The position numbers were made by a program, and so were the translations under genes. Positions 37,801-52,124 of a DNA stretch of 64,000 bases are shown here, one piece after another. The stretch's first letter is position 1; each line of letters begins with the position of its first letter. The notes beneath the pieces are model-generated. The model made no database searches. It had not been told where the DNA came from and saw nothing but the letters and a program-made list of their open reading frames with translations. This stretch comes from Raillietiella orientalis (Eukaryota): assembly GCA_036172245.1 (NCBI GenBank), contig JAYWIR010000017.1, forward strand, positions 992,001 to 1,056,000, in the 5' to 3' direction.

Positions 37801-40800
37801 GCGCTCGGCGCGGGGGCGGCACAGCGATGTGTTGTCCGTCCGGCGCCTCAAGAGCACGCCTTGTTCCCCCTCCCCTGCCCCGCCCCCCTTTCCAGCGACT
37901 GCCCGCGTTCTTCCTGCCTCTTCCCCGAGCCAGAGGCGTGGGGATCTATCCAGGAGAGCGCACCCCCACCCGCCAGTAATGAGGAGGGGGAAGAGGAGAC
38001 GCGCCATCTTCCATCTTCCCTCCCTTCTGCTCTCCTTCCCCTGAGGGGTGCGGCCGTCCCTTCGGGGGCGCGTCCTGTTCCAGCTCTTTCCCGAGCCTCT
38101 TCTGTAGCTGATCCTACAACCAGGGGATCGCGGGCGAGGACGCTTAGACTTCCCAAGGCGCCCCCCCTTCTCGCTCTGCTCCCTTCCCTTCCCTCTCCCT
38201 TTCGTCGTCAAGGAAACCTGCGTCCCAGTATCCTCTTTTCCCATTTCCTCCTTCAGGGGGACTACTCATCTGTTTCCTACCCCCACCCTGGCTCTTTCGC
38301 CCAGAGGCCGGCCGGGACCTGGACCGCGGCTTCTTCATCCCGTGGCCGCCATGTTGTCATTCCTTTGCGCGCCCGACCACCCCCATCGGGCGGTGCATCG
38401 CTCCGACGCGCATCGCCGGAGGGTGAAGTCTCGGACCGCCCCGAGCTCGACTGTTCTTCGGGGCAGGTCCGCGAGTATGCTCGGAGGATGAAACAGCGGG
38501 GGAACTTTCAGGGAGGGTCCAGACCAGACCGCCCTTCGTCTGCTTCCCGCGCCACCCCGCAAGCGACCCCTTCGAATCCTCAGCCCGGCGGGGCATCCCC
38601 GGAGCGGGGAACTAAAGGACTCGCGAGCGCACCTCGGTCATTTCATTCTCTCCCCCCCCCCTCTCCCCTGTGTCTCTCCCCTCCGGCGACTCCCCTCAGA
38701 GGAATCTTGAGGGCGGGAAAAGGGGGGAGGTTCTCCTCCCACAAGCGGAGAGCGGTCCCCTTGGGCCCCCACTCCACAGAATTTGCTTCTCCCTCCCCCT
38801 CATCGTGGTTCTCTCGGACAGTCTCGCTTTAGGCTCCCCTGTGGACCTCCCGGGGTGGCTCTCCGGACCGCAGGAGGGGCAACCATGCGGAAGGCGAGTT
38901 CTGAATATCGCGCTTTGTTCCTGGCTGCACTCCTTCTCCCGGTCCCCTGTCCTCTCCACCTCCCATCCCCACGGGGAAAGCGCTCACGTGAACCCCCGTG
39001 GACAGGACGGCGCGCTCGTGTATCTCCTGCGAGCTCGCAGCCCCGGAGGTCTTTTAATCTCCCCGAGAAGATTCTCAGCCTGTCCAACCTCCAGCGCCCG
39101 TTGGAAGCGTCCACGTTCTTCACAGCCGGTCGCTTTGGCCTCGTCTGCGGCCGCTCTGGCTGTATCGGCCGCGTTTCTACGGGCGCCGGGCTACTTGGAA
39201 GTCCCCTGTCCAGTCTCCACCACTCTCGGCGGTGCACCCGCCGCGTGCCTGTCCCCCCCCCCCCTCCTCCCATCCCCTTCTCCATCTCCCCGGCATTCGA
39301 AGAGACAGCGCGCACGCCCGCGCACCGAAGCGCCGCGGGCGTTTTGGCACGGTCAGCCTCTTTCCGCACCTCCGAGCGCGCTGCTCGCGCGCGTGGAGGC
39401 GGCGGCGCCTTTGAGCGCCTGCCGTGTCGTGCGTCGTCGCTCTTGTTTCGTAGCAGCAGGAGAGGGAAAGGAAGGGAGGACAGAAAGAGGAGAGGAGCAA
39501 GAGGAAAGAAGATTGGGGGGAAGAGAAGGAGGAGGAAAGGGAGGAAGAGAGAGGAGGAGGAGGAGGAATAGGAGTCCTCGCTCCTCCTCCTCCCACGAAG
39601 AGCTGCGATCTCTTCCGCGCCAGACCATCGTCTTTCCGAACTCGCTCTTTCGTCTGGCTGCCGCCCTCTTGTGCTGCTAGGCTTCAGGCTCCTTCATCTT
39701 GATTCCATCAGCTGGCTGCGACCACTTTGTATAATTCCCTAATCTGCGCATCCAGATCGAACGTGCGGCTCGGGAAAACGCGGCGCCATCGTTGCACGGT
39801 CCTGTGATTTTACTCCGGATCGGCCCTGCGTTCAGGCTGATTCGGTCGCGGCGCTGCGAGCAGCATCCGAAACAGCCATAACCGTTAATCCGTTGCCCTG
39901 GCTTCCGGCTCCATCTCCGCTCTCCCGCGGGCGAAGGCTCGTTCCATCCTCCTGGTCGCAGGATCACTCGCCATTCCGGATCGTTCGCGCTAGCCGGATG
40001 ATTGCCCTGTCCTCGCCCATTTTCCCGAATCCCTTCGCAGACGGGGAAGCCGGGTGCTCCCATCCTGCCTCCTGCAGGGAAACATTGTTGCCGGCCTTCT
40101 TATGGGCCCGTGGTCTCTGGCGCCAAGTTAATTGATGCAGGAGCACCTGCGCACCCGGAAGGCTCATTCCACCGCCTGCTTTCTTTCTGTTCCTCCAGAT
40201 ACAGGAGTGTTGGTTGCCGCGCGCACGCCGAAGGGTTAAATGAGGGCGTTTCCTCTCCTGTGCCGGTCACGAGGGTACAGAATGCAAGATCGTACGCACT
40301 TTCGTGAGTAGGCTCATCCCGCGAATCTTCCTGTCCTATCTTTTCCCAAGGCTGTACCGCACGTTCGATCGCGGCTCCATCCCGTGCAAAAAGTTCTTAG
40401 CGGTCGTTTCTGGAACCTTCGATGCAGAGGTCCGAGACTTGGCCAACCTCCCATTCGTGTTTGCTTATAAAAGAGCTTCAACTCGTCTTCCCTCACCTGA
40501 CAAAGCCCTCATGGCCCCAAGACCTGCGTTGGCAGCCGTGTGGCTGTGGTCTCCGCGCATGGTATTAAGCGTTTCGGGTTCGAATCCCATCCGGGGAAGG
40601 ATTGACGCCGAGAACGGGGGTGCATCATGGGTTCCGAGTCCCCCCCCTCGCAGGATGGAGCTGGTTCGCCTTTAGGTTTGGGGTGCGGCACTGGTGCAAG
40701 CCGGAACCCCCCTGATGTCCCCGTTGATTCTTCGGGATTGGAAGTTGACCCTCCGGGGTCCTTCCTGGAATCAAGGAGCCGATTTCCCTCGGAGTTCCCC

Positions 40801-43800
40801 TCCGGTTGTGAAAAGGGAACCGTCCCCCTATCGTGGAGGTGGCTCCATCGAGCTGGTTGATTCCTTACCAGAGTGCAAGAAGCGTGCTCCTCCCTTCGAG
40901 GAGCGCCTTTCAGAGAGAGCGAGAAAAAAAAGCAAAACTTGCTATCTGTGAGACAAAAGCTCCATCAAAGTGCACGTCCCGATGCTGTAGTCATGGTGAA
41001 GTGAGAAAAGGTCGCCAGTTGCAAGCTGGTGGCTCGTCAGATCCAGCCGACCAAGACAAGTGGAAGCTGGAACTCAAAACGAGGTTGTGGCGGAAAGACA
41101 CGCTCAGCAGGACTCTCATGGTGACCACTCGGGTCGTGACGAGGAACTCGAGGCGTGCGAGATAGCAGTGACAAAGCCTAGTTAGGAACAGAGAAGAGAA
41201 ATCTCGGGATCGAGGAGCTTTTTGTCCTGCAGCACCCGAAGGAACCAGCCTCGTCTTGCTTGCGTTCTTTCTCTGCGGACAGCATCCGTCCTTTGCCGTG
41301 CCACGCATTCTCCTGCGTCACAAGACCCTCCCAGAGTCTCGGCTCATGTTGGGCTTCTCGGCGCGCGAAGGCCGTCTCCTCTTTTCTCCTGGGCTCAATC
41401 AAACGTGGTGCTCCTGCGAAAGGAAGCTCCCACCATGCGGAACGTGCGAGATTTCTGGCGCGACAGCTCATCTGCTTTTCGTATCGGTCGGGAAATCGGC
41501 CGCAAGGGAGGGTCGTAAAGCGAGATGCGACAGTGCAGAAAACTTTTTCCCGGGAAGGAAGCGGCACTTGGGCGTGGAAGCCGCGGTGGGTACACGTTCC
41601 ATCGTCCTTGAACACGCTTCAGAGCGATCCGGTGCTGAGAGGTCCACACGCAACCACGCAAGGACATTTCGCGCAATCCAAGAAGCCGAGCGGTTTTCCG
41701 TTCCTCGATTTGCTGTGGCCTCGACAGATCCTTTCGTCTGCTCCCTGCCGATGGTACAGTCATTAGAGAGAGCGTGGCTGGCGTTCATGCGGAGAAAGAC
41801 GCTTCTCTCTGCTTGCACTGCGGTCGCCAAGGGGGAAATTGAAAGGAAGAACAAGAATCTTCTTGTAATCAAAGAGGAACTGGGTGGCGCCGCGCACTGG
41901 GATTCTCCCTGGATTCTTCTACCCGCTCTTTTTCCTGCTGAAGCCATCCCGTTTCTCCGTTTTTCGAATCTTATTCAAGGACTCTCCTGGGGATCCTTCA
42001 CTGTGAACGAAGGGAGGGAAGTCCGGTGGAGACATGCGGAAGTCATCGGTGGTGGAACGCGAGCAGCGAGTGTACGAAAGCAGCGAGTGTGACTCAGGGA
42101 GTGCCTGCGGAGGACCTCCCGTGGAGAACTTTCGAAAAATGTTCCAGAAAAATGAGCGCGACCGACTCGATTCTTGCAGCAGCCAACTGGAGCACAGAGA
42201 GCGCATGCGCGTTTAGCAACTTGATGGTTCACCTTGTGGAGCCTCGACTTTGTTCCACGTCTCAGGAGCACGTCAGAATGACAGACTCAACTTTGTTTTG
42301 ATCAGTATAGTTGCAATGAACCCTCACATGTTTGCTCTCTTTTTCCACCAAGACAACAGCAACAAAAAAAACATCCGCCAGTTTGTCTAAAAGTCATGAG
42401 AGGACCTCAGATCTCCTCAGCATGTATTTGAAGGTTTCGTTCCGTTAATGGAATTTCAGTGTGCTCGGTCATCTGTGTCATTCCATAGCTGTAAGGGGTG
42501 ATGCTAACCAGTACAAAATATCCCTCTGGATGAAACGCTGTCCTTACTTGCGGACAGTGTCCTTTGGCTTGATTGCACCAGGAACACATCTGTGCTGGGG
42601 TAGTCCATACAAGGAACCAACTGCGTCCAACTGGTCCTCCTTCCAGAGTCTAATGGCTGAAGGTGCTAAAATTAGTGTAGCGTAGTGTCTGCAGGTCTCC
42701 GCGGATTGTGTTAGACGCTTGCGAGATGCAAGAACCGACGTGACGCCAATGTGATACGAAGTTTCAGATCATTCTTCCATCAATGTGCAGCAGCCAGCGA
42801 GCCTGCGCTATCTCTCAACATCCGATTTCTTAAAACGATGCGATCTTCACCTTTTTGGGGGGACTGGGTGGGTATTCCTTATTTGGTTCGTAGAGCCTCT
42901 GATCGTCTCTTCGTGTGCGTTGTGCACTCATCAGCCGAAAAATAAAAACACAAACAAATGAAGAAAAAAAAACAGTAAGGTCGTACCAAGTGAGACATCA
43001 AGAAAGAAAAAAAAATCATTTGATAATAGTCTTGAGTCTGCGTGAACATCTCCCCCCCCCCCTCTCTCTCTCTCTGTGTGTGTGTGTGTTCCTTAAATAG
43101 ACACCTGCTAAAAGAGGTGATGCAAGAAAAAACGCAAGGAGAACGTGTGATTGTGCGTGTGCCGTTGGAATGCATTTTTTGTTTTTCCCGTTTGTCAGAT
43201 TTTATTTTTTGGATTCCCATCTGCTGGAAGCTCCGCACTTATCGTTTAGTGGCAGCCATGACTGGGGTGGCGCCTTTCTCATACGCTGAGGTTTATAAGG
43301 TTCCCACGGAAAGCAATTTGATGGGGAAGGACGTGGTCGGCTTGCGTTCGAATCCCGGAGGCTGCTTCGGGGTCGTTGAAGCGATCGCAGATCGGCGGAA
43401 ACCCAGCGGTGATGCAGATGAGTGCATGGGGTGACGCTTTCGAAACAGCGGTGCCGCCTGGATCCAGGCTGGTCTTCTGGGAGACAACAACCAATTCATA
43501 TGGCGACAAATCCAAGAAACCAATGTTGCTTGATTGAAAGCTGCTACTCCCTTGGGTGGATAGATAAGGGCGCCACGTAGGGTATGCATGCACGATGGAG
43601 CACCTGATGAGGGCTTCGGAGGGCATCTTCCGACATCCTCGAACCACCTGGCAAGGTGTCCTCCAGCACGCGTGTGAAAGTTTTTGATTCCTCGCTGCTG
43701 TGCAACCCTAAATGACGGGGCTGCAGAATATCGGCACGGGAAAGGGGTGGTTGGTCTCTTCCGGCGCCATTCACTCACACTCGTGCAGAACGTTTCTGAG

Positions 43801-46800
43801 AACTCTGCGACCAGACGAACGAAATTGGAAATTTGCGAACCTGCTGTCGAAAACATCCTTGGTGTACGGTGATCGAAGAACCGACTTGAGCATCTGGGTG
43901 CGAGCGTTACTTTCGCTCGGTGCGTTGCTTACGCAACACGCGCGAAAATCGTACGTGACGCTCGGAGTCTGCATGCGCGTGTAGGTGGGGAACCTCATTC
44001 AAGCATCTTCTGGTTTCCGTCGTCTCTTCGTGTCCTTTCGTTATTTCTACATGTAAGAGCTCGAACGCTGTGCAAATTGGCGCTTTGCCGCTTTGCCGAG
44101 GGAATTTCTTACGGGGTACTTCATGCAGTGCTTTTACCATTTTAGACCGTTGGGTGCAAGAAGCAGCAATCATCCATCAGCAAGAAGCACGCGCACAGTT
44201 CTGTAGCGTATGCACTCTGCACTTTGTGTAGCTCTCGAAAACAAAAAGGAGTGCATCCTCAATCCTCACACTAAAAGGAAGAACAGAGGCAGTCGAAGCA
44301 GGAGTACTGGAAAAGTGTTGGAGTATTTTCTTCGTCCTTCCTCGAACTGAAGAATGACGAAGAGAATTTCAAGGTCTGTCCAAGAAGCAAGAAGAAGCAG
44401 AAAAGTGGAGCAGAGAATGGAGAACCCTTCCCTTTTGGTAGAAGGTTACCCCTTCCCCTCAGAGGTCTTTAACCTAATGGAACGAAAGAAGACACCCGAA
44501 GTATGATCAGCAATAAGCTCGTTCCCAGTTTGGACCGCTCTTTTCAGTTGTCATCGTGCCTCAAGTACAATTGCTGCATTGCCTACGTCGTGGATGGCGT
44601 GTGAGTGCACCTCTGTCTAACAGGGTTCCCCTACTCTGTGTAATGGAAGCTCGAGCTGCGTATCTCTCGTTGCATTCCGCTCTCGAAGGAAGAGCTCTGC
44701 CGGCGATCGGCTGCAACCTTATCACGAATGCTCTCCTCCTGGGTTCGTGTGATTAAGATGATCCAATGTTTTAGCATTTGCTACTTTTATTTTCCTCAGT
44801 AAACGCTTTTCAGACAGCGGCTTTATATGGCACGTGGAGATCCCTTCCGAAGCTCGCGCTTGAAAGAAAAGAGTCTCTCCCCATCTCGATATCTTGAGAG
44901 CGCTCTTAAACTCCGCCAACAACTTGCGAGTAATTCAGATTGTCAGATTAATGAAATAAAGCAGGGAGAAACAAAATATCCATCCGGACGTCTGTTGAGA
45001 GGAACTGCGTTCGCAGCGGGAAGAAATCCATTCAGAACGCGAGCCGATGTGCTCCGATAATTGCACAGAGTTACGATTCCTGTAAACTTGCGCTCCTTGG
45101 GCGCTCGAAGATGGGAGTGCTTGCTTTCCCCGGCGCCCTCTCCTGGATTCTTTTTAGAAAAAAAAAAAAAAAAAAAGCTTCCAGGATTTCGCTACACCTT
45201 TTCCGGTCGACGTTTGAAAAAAATTCCTGCGCAGAACAGGTCCAGTGAGATTCTGGTCTCCAGCGCATCTCCGAGTATCGGCACTTCCGATGCTTCTTGT
45301 TCCTTCAGTCGGGTTCACGCCGTGCACGGAACGGCGAAGCATCGGATGCTGAGAGAGCACCTGAGCGCGTCTTATACGTGGTGGTGAATGAATCTGTTTT
45401 GACGCTCGATCCAAGGCGATGCGCCTCCTCTGCCTCCACCGGCTTCCCTGCAGGAACGGCGCATGCGGAGATGAACATTTCGCAGCTGTTTCCAGAATAT
45501 TTCCAAAGCTTGTTATTTGCGGGAAGCCTTTTATAGCGTAATCGTCCGAAAGGAAAAATTCGAACGACTTGCAGTTAAACGATTGCAGAAATACGGAAGA
45601 CGCGCGTCGCTGGAATGTGGGTTCTCCAGCGTAGGGGGAAACGGGCGGTTACAGATAAGAGAGCATCAAGCCAATCAAGTTCGGCGAGTGGAGAGAACGG
45701 ACGTGAATGCGTCTGTTGTTTTGGAGCGAGCGAAGCCTTTGAATATGTTGACTGCGTCGTGTGTAGAAATCCTAATATTTGAGGGCAAATGCTAAGAGGA
45801 CACGAGAGGCAAAGCATGATTTGCCCTGATTTAGGAACTCGTCAGCATCAGCTCTTACTCCGTTCCGGAGGCAAGAATGTATGGATCGGCGGACATCACT
45901 TCGAAACAACTCCATATCTTGGCTCATTTTAGGAAATCGAAGTCATTCCCGCGTGTATGTAATATTCGCTTCGAAGTTAGTGGATCATTAAAAATGACAA
46001 TCCGAGAAGATGAAATGAGAATTTTATTTTCTTCAATTACGGAACTTCTTTCAGAGATTGTGCGTCTCTGAGATGCAGGCAATTTCTTGTGGCAAATTTT
46101 CGTCCCTGCAAGGAAAAATGTGCCTTTCCGTGTAGCGTTTTTCGTTTTAAAGGGAATGGAATTCCGTGTGCTCTTGAAACGCATTGGACTATCTTAGCTT
46201 TGAAAGCATTTTGAGAACGTTGTTTTTGAACCTGCCCTTTAGTTTTCCAGGAGAACAGGATTAATGATATCGTTGGTTTATTTTCGCTGTTTACTCATTT
46301 CATTTTTAAGAGGGGTTTGAAAGGACCGGTTCTTAAATGATGGGAGACAAGGATTAGGGATCCGAATCGTATCGTCGCCACAATTTTTTCTTAGCACCAC
46401 GAGGGAAATCCGTTCCTCGTTTTCCAGAGCGACGTACGGATGTTTTTTTTTTTTCCTCCCCCCCCAAAGAAACGTAAGCTCATTTGCTTAGAGAAACCCA
46501 TTCTCTCTTCCTTCGAGTCGCATTGCTTTTATCCGAGCAGGTTTGAGAAGGTGAGTGTCGGCGATTCTTTCCGATGATACGCCGGTCTCCTGGAGGTGGG
46601 GGCGAACACATTTGCTTCTTAGGGAGTTTCGTTATTATTTATAACCCCTTCTGCCGTACTCTATGGTTTCCCTTTTGCACGAGGACTTTTGATTTTCATC
46701 ACATTACCGTGTGCTTGTCTGACTTGAAATCCGTGTGCGAACAAACTGTGTTTTTTCGGAATATATTTCCACAACGAAAAGGCAGCCAGCCGAACATGAA

Positions 46801-49800
46801 TGAGGCAGACGGAGGAGCGCGTTTCTTCTTGGAGACCCGAGTTGTTTTGAGGAGCAGAGAAAAGAAAAGCAGCGATAAAAGTAGTAATTAGAGCTTCATT
46901 TGACGGGCTGATGCGAATCGTCGCACAAAGTGGCTTGGAAAAAGCAAACGGATCGGAAATCAAAAACTCCAGAAAACACTACATTAGCAGGCTTTTGTTT
47001 CACCTGCTCTGTTCCTCTAAAACTATCTTCCTCGATTTACCGCTTGTGCAATGACGGTGGAGGTGTCGAAAAGTACGATGGCGTGAGATTGCCATGCATG
47101 GTTCCACTGCAACTGCCACAAGAGCACAATCACTGATGGTTTGGATTTCGTAACAGATTCTTGCAAGGTACGAAAGATAATTTGTAAGGATAATGTACAA
47201 CGGAGCAAGTAAAGAACAGGAACACGTATTCGTAAATGCCATTCTGCACCAGTTGGCTCATAGTGAAACACGAATGAAATGAGTTTTCACTCTTATCTAT
47301 TTGTGAGTCAGCTCATTATTAATATTACTAAAGCCCATTTTTCGTGTTTCCGCATTCGTTGTGAAAGAATTCGCATTAGCAGAACATATTAATGGATGCA
47401 CACGGAGTGTGGAGCTGTATGCGAAGAAGTCTGCCAGTTTTGCATTCGAGGACCCTCATCTTGGAAACGATCGTGTTTAAAAGGTTTCCAACTAGGGCAT
47501 GCATTAAATTCATCTTGCCATCTTTGCGTCTCGAGATGTCCTTTCTCCACGTTCCCCCTTCCAAAGGAAATTCTCTCAGAATAGCTGAGTGTTAGCCCTT
47601 CTAAAAATTTGGAATTATGCATCCGTACAGAATCGGGAGTACATCTCGTGTCCCTGATCTCATTCGATAAGCTGCGCTTTGTTTTATTAAGTCTCCTTCC
47701 CGTGGCGGCAGTTTCGACAGAATCCCAAATGCATTTTTTTTTTTTTGTGTGTGTGTGTGTGTGTGTGTGAGCATCGCGAACGTTATTACTTCCGGACCTT
47801 TATAAAGTATAAATTATTTCACTTAACATATCCGCATGATTGTCACTTCTTTATTATTTCGGCTTGTTGAGTAATACATGTGGAAGCTTATTGTGCTGGG
47901 TTCGGTACACAGCGTCAATTTATGCTTACTTATTTTTGTTTGGGAAATGATAAATTTTGAGAAACACGTTTGGAGCGATTCTCTGAACGATGCTTCGGTC
48001 GCATATCGCGGACTTTATTCTGTTTTGTTCTCTATCCGAACGGTCGAAAATTCTGTTAATCTTGGGTCCAGACCATACACTGCATTTTTAACATGTGGCA
48101 ATCTGTTTCAATGTATGTGCGAGCATTTTATTCTGCCTAAATGCACTTACTATGCACTTTTGTTTATCGTTTCAGAAAAATGCGAAAGGGGAAAATGTGT
48201 ACAATTTTATATTTTCTCACTTGGATCTCTTAGAAACAGCATACTTTGGTGTCAGATACGTGGATCAAACAGGACAGAATGTAAGGTATTCGTTCATCCA
48301 GATAACGATTTCATGTTTTTGTAAAGGAATGGCTGGATCCCAGTATATCTTTGTGCAAGCAGTTAAAGGGTAAATAATTGGAAATCGCATATTTTTTTTT
48401 CATGCTGTATCCAGGAACCCAGCCAATACCATTGTATTTTGGTGTCAAATTCTACGTCGCAGATCCTAGCAAATTAAAAGAAGAAGTAACCAGGTTTGCT
48501 TTTTTTGTTGCAAACTGCTTTCGATCAATTCATATCAGATACCAATTCTTTTTACAGGTTAAGCAAGATGTGCAGCAAGGACGGTTACCTATTTCATTTG
48601 ATATAGCAGCCCAATTAGGCGCCTATGCACTTCAATGTAAGAGATTTTTCAGGAAAAAACAACAACAGAAACACTGAAAATTTCATGTTTAGCGGATCTG
48701 GGAGATTATAATCGTTCGTTGCACAAACCAGGATATGCATCCCATTACAGAACAGTACCCGGTGAAAATGCAGCACTGTGGAATCGAATAGAAGAGCTGC
48801 ATCAAAGATTAAAGGGTATGACCCCGGGTATGGCAGAGCGTCATTATTTAGATAGAGTAAAGTGGTTAGATGTTTACGGAATGGACTTGCATCCTGTTTT
48901 GGTAAGCATAAACAACTGGATTCATGTGCTACTTCTCATAAAGGGAGAAGATCACACTGAATATTATGTGGGTTTAACTCCTTCTGGTATAGTTGTTTTA
49001 CGCGGACAGATCAAAGTGGGAATGTATTTTTGGTAAGGAAAAAAATAAAATAAAATTAATTCACATGTGTTCAACCAAACCCTAACTGATTTCTTCGAAG
49101 GCCACGAATCACAAAGGTTCGTTATCGTGGGAGGCACTTCAAACTTAGAGTGCTTGACAAAATGGTATGAGCATTTTGGAAGCACAGTCCCTACTACACC
49201 TGTTGGCAAATTTTAGGGTAATGCTCACATTTTTTGTTTCGTCTGCCCCTCTCGTGCCGCATCCCGTCAGCTGTGGCGTCGCTGCGTGGAGCATCATGCG
49301 TTTTTTCGATTAGGTGAAGTGAACACCCCGCCCTTTCGTTGGAGAGGATCTCGATATCGATACAGGTAAAACCACCAGGCATTTGGTTCCATTATACCAA
49401 CGTAGGAATTTTAATTCCAGTGGCAGAACTCAATCACAAGCATTAGCAGAAGCCAATAAACAACTTAGAGATCCTCCCGTTGTGGTGCGTACTCTAAGTC
49501 GAAGGAAACAGGAGCATCAACAAACTGAATGCCATAAAAATGAAACCTTCGGTTTGCTGGAAGAAAAACTTTCCATTCCTCTCCCCGCAGAACAGTAAAT
49601 GAAATAGTCAGTCGCCTTAATGTTGAAAAATTATTTCAGAGTGACACGCTCTAGAGGAGGTTCTCCCCTAAGCGTAAGATCGGCACCCGTCTTAAGGACT
49701 ACAGGAGTTCCTCAGCGAGGATTGTATTCGATACAAAGCCCTGTCATCCAAAAAAGTGCACGAAGAATGAGGTACACAAAGAAAGATGAATACGTTCTTT

Positions 49801-50486
49801 TCATTAATGGCTGCTTTAGCACAGGACCTATTTCCGATTGTGAAAGTGATATATCTCAAAGTAGCATCAATATAGACAGAGTAAGACATCCTTATCATAA
49901 TGGTGCATCAGTACATCGACTTGTACAATCAAATTCTCAGCCCGTTCGTGCACACTCTCGATCAGCCATTGTGAGAGGATTGGGATTGCAATCAAATAGC
50001 GCACAAAGTCATTACGATCATCGGTACCGTCCACTTTATATCGTACTTCCCATTTTTTTTTTTTTTTTTTTTACACTTTGTTTTTGTAGAATCGCACGCT
50101 TGTCAAAGCACATCCCGAAGGAGGTGCTACAGCATCTGGAATTCCAGCCTGCCGATCCTTCAGGATTAACATCAGAACAGCTTCGAGAAATTCCCTATGT
50201 GTCCGTTGAGACGAAAACACGTGTAGCAAAAGTCCGTCAAACATCAAGAAACAAAGTATCATCTGAGACTGCTTCTCTTTCGCCCCCTTTGCCAGCACCC
50301 CGTAGGCCGCGTTCAGCACATGATCACCATGCTTACGTCAACTTGAGTACTTTCCCACGTTCCCGTCCGGTTTCCCATGTGAATCGCCATGCGCAAGCCG
50401 ACCCGGTTCGCCAGTCTAGTTTAGAACTTATCCTCTCTCCCCTCATTAGATCAGTGCAGCAGAACATCCAGCCTGCTTTCGTATAA
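37377..50486 (+). CDS. EPB41L4A: Band 4.1-like FERM protein, EPB41L4A/NBL4-like. Exons 37377-37478, 48176-48280, 48327-48369, 48415-48493, 48539-48636, 48693-48901, 48944-49032, 49101-49164, 49217-49365, 49421-49594, 49640-49771, 49820-50023, 50090-50486.
   Basis: The translation reads CKIVFLDG..|[131 protein letters not shown]. The C-terminal [20 protein letters not shown] resembles the EPB41L4A tail. The exon-1 assignment and the last two introns are less certain. Confidence 0.9.
40521..40931 (+). mobile_element. Putative tRNA-derived SINE, copy 2 (in FERM intron 1)
   Basis: It has an A-box-like TGGCAGCCGTGTGG, an exact Pol III B-box GGTTCGAATCC at 40577-40587, a body shared with 32068-32457, and a GAGAGAGCGAGAAAAAAAA tail. 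Confidence 0.7.
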
Positions 50487-50962
50487 TCCGCAGTAGATAG
50501 AAATACGTTGTCGTGTAATAATATGGAAAGAGATGCAATAAACAATAAGTGTAAGACCCGAAAAAGGAAAGACCTCTTAAGAATGATCATATGAACGTGC
50601 TTTGTGGGCAAATGTAACAAATTGACGAAAAGATCATCACAAAAAAACAATTAAGATAGCAGTTTTCTGAGAAGCACTACAAAGACGTTGGTACAAAGTT
50701 TGAAAAATCTGCGTTTTCAGAGGAGGTCTCTTAGGGAGATAGGTTAGCTTCATCGGAAGTAGTGGCAGATTCAACTGAAGCAGTACCGTTTACAAGATAT
50801 TCGAAGCGTGAAACGTTTGCAGAACTACCGACGTTGGAAGGCAGCACGACTTGGTCTCCAAGAAAACGTTCAGATGGTACACCTGGCAATACGGAATAAA
50901 TATGAGATGGCAAAGTTGATAGAGATCCCATCATCAGTGGGCGAGAGGAAATATGCATGAAT

Positions 50963-51811
50963 TCATCTTCTGCATCTGATGTAACAGGTGCAGTCGGGAA
51001 AGCAGAAACGAACTCTAAGGAAGATGCAGAGGGCTTGGAGATGGCTGATAGTGGGGCTGGGAAGCGTTGTTACATGATCAGGAAAAGTACCTAAAGGTGT
51101 ATCCAGTACAGGGAAAGATATGGGAGAAGCAGGAGAATCGGAATCAACATAATCAGTTGGTCCACTGGACTGAGCACCTTTCATTACCAACTCCTGATTA
51201 GCAACTTCCTGTTTTCGGCGCCGTCTTCGGCGTTCATACAACAAAATAAGTGCAGTGAACACTAACGCCTCAACAACAATGGCCAGAAAAGGCCACAGAG
51301 GTGCAAGAAGACCTACATACAGTTATCTAATAACTTACTTTCTAGTAAACCAAAAAGTACTTACTAAGCACCCTAACTTGCAATGAGGTCTCTAATGTTT
51401 CCCAACAGCATACATAGATGCCAGCATCTATCAGTCTCAGAGAACGTAGCTGTAAAAAGGAAAAGCTGCTATTGGGCCACCATATTTTGTAAGAGGGTTG
51501 TGGCTTCAAATCTCTAAGTAGCACACCACCTAAGTATACATGCAAGCACTATATGATGCCGTGCAGATGCCATACCACGCTGCCACTGTAATTTGCTGGA
51601 CATATTAACGACATTTTTCAGTTCGCATGAAAGTACTACAGTTTCCCCCTCCTCTGCACGGACATGCTCCTGGTTTCGAATATCTAACCGTGCTTCTATA
51701 GCAAGGTGTTTGATTTCATATCTAATTATCCTTCCTTCTTACCATGAACCTTCACTATTAATACAGCTTCATCCTTTCCTTCCTTCCTTGTTGCTCTTTT
51801 TTCTCTGTTTC
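50963..51811 (-). CDS. Second basigin-like Ig + transmembrane cassette, either an alternative 3' end of the basigin gene or a truncated paralogue. Exons 51811-~51743, 51695-51576, 51529-51365, 51312-50963.
   Basis: The Ig domain reads VRAEEGETVVLSCEL..LQWQRG|G..LQLRSLRLIDAGIYVC..LQVRVL. It is followed by APLWPFLAIVVEALVFTALILLYERRRRRR, which carries the basigin-type intramembrane Glu. All junctions are phase 1. Confidence 0.75.
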
Positions 51812-52124
51812 CTGAAAAGAAAGCTGAACATTCTTTTCAGTATCAAAACTTGCATGACAACAAACTTCTGTGAAAAAGTGTTATCAACTTTTATTTGTAT
51901 AGTCTGTTTGCTACATCTTAAAACAGTGACCTCGCCCTCTTAAATCAGTAATAATCCCTACTCATTTAAGATCAGTAATAGTTCTTGCTGTAAATTAGAT
52001 AACTTTCAAACAAATGCAGAATGTGCCCCTCCCAAATGAGCAAAATTTATTGAAAAGCAGGGTGGCAGGCGACTAGAAGCAACTAAACAGCTGGCAAGGA
52101 CAAGGAAACTATGACAGCTGGGCA

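Noticed and set aside
37531..39680. Long ORFs (433 aa, 336 aa, 262 aa) as genes
   Set aside because: They are Pro/Arg/Ser-rich, overlap on both strands, lack motifs, and lie in GC-rich intron DNA where stops are rare.
40521..40600. Functional tRNA gene
   Set aside because: A B-box is present, but I could not form a proper cloverleaf and the sequence continues into a repeated body, so it is treated as a SINE head.
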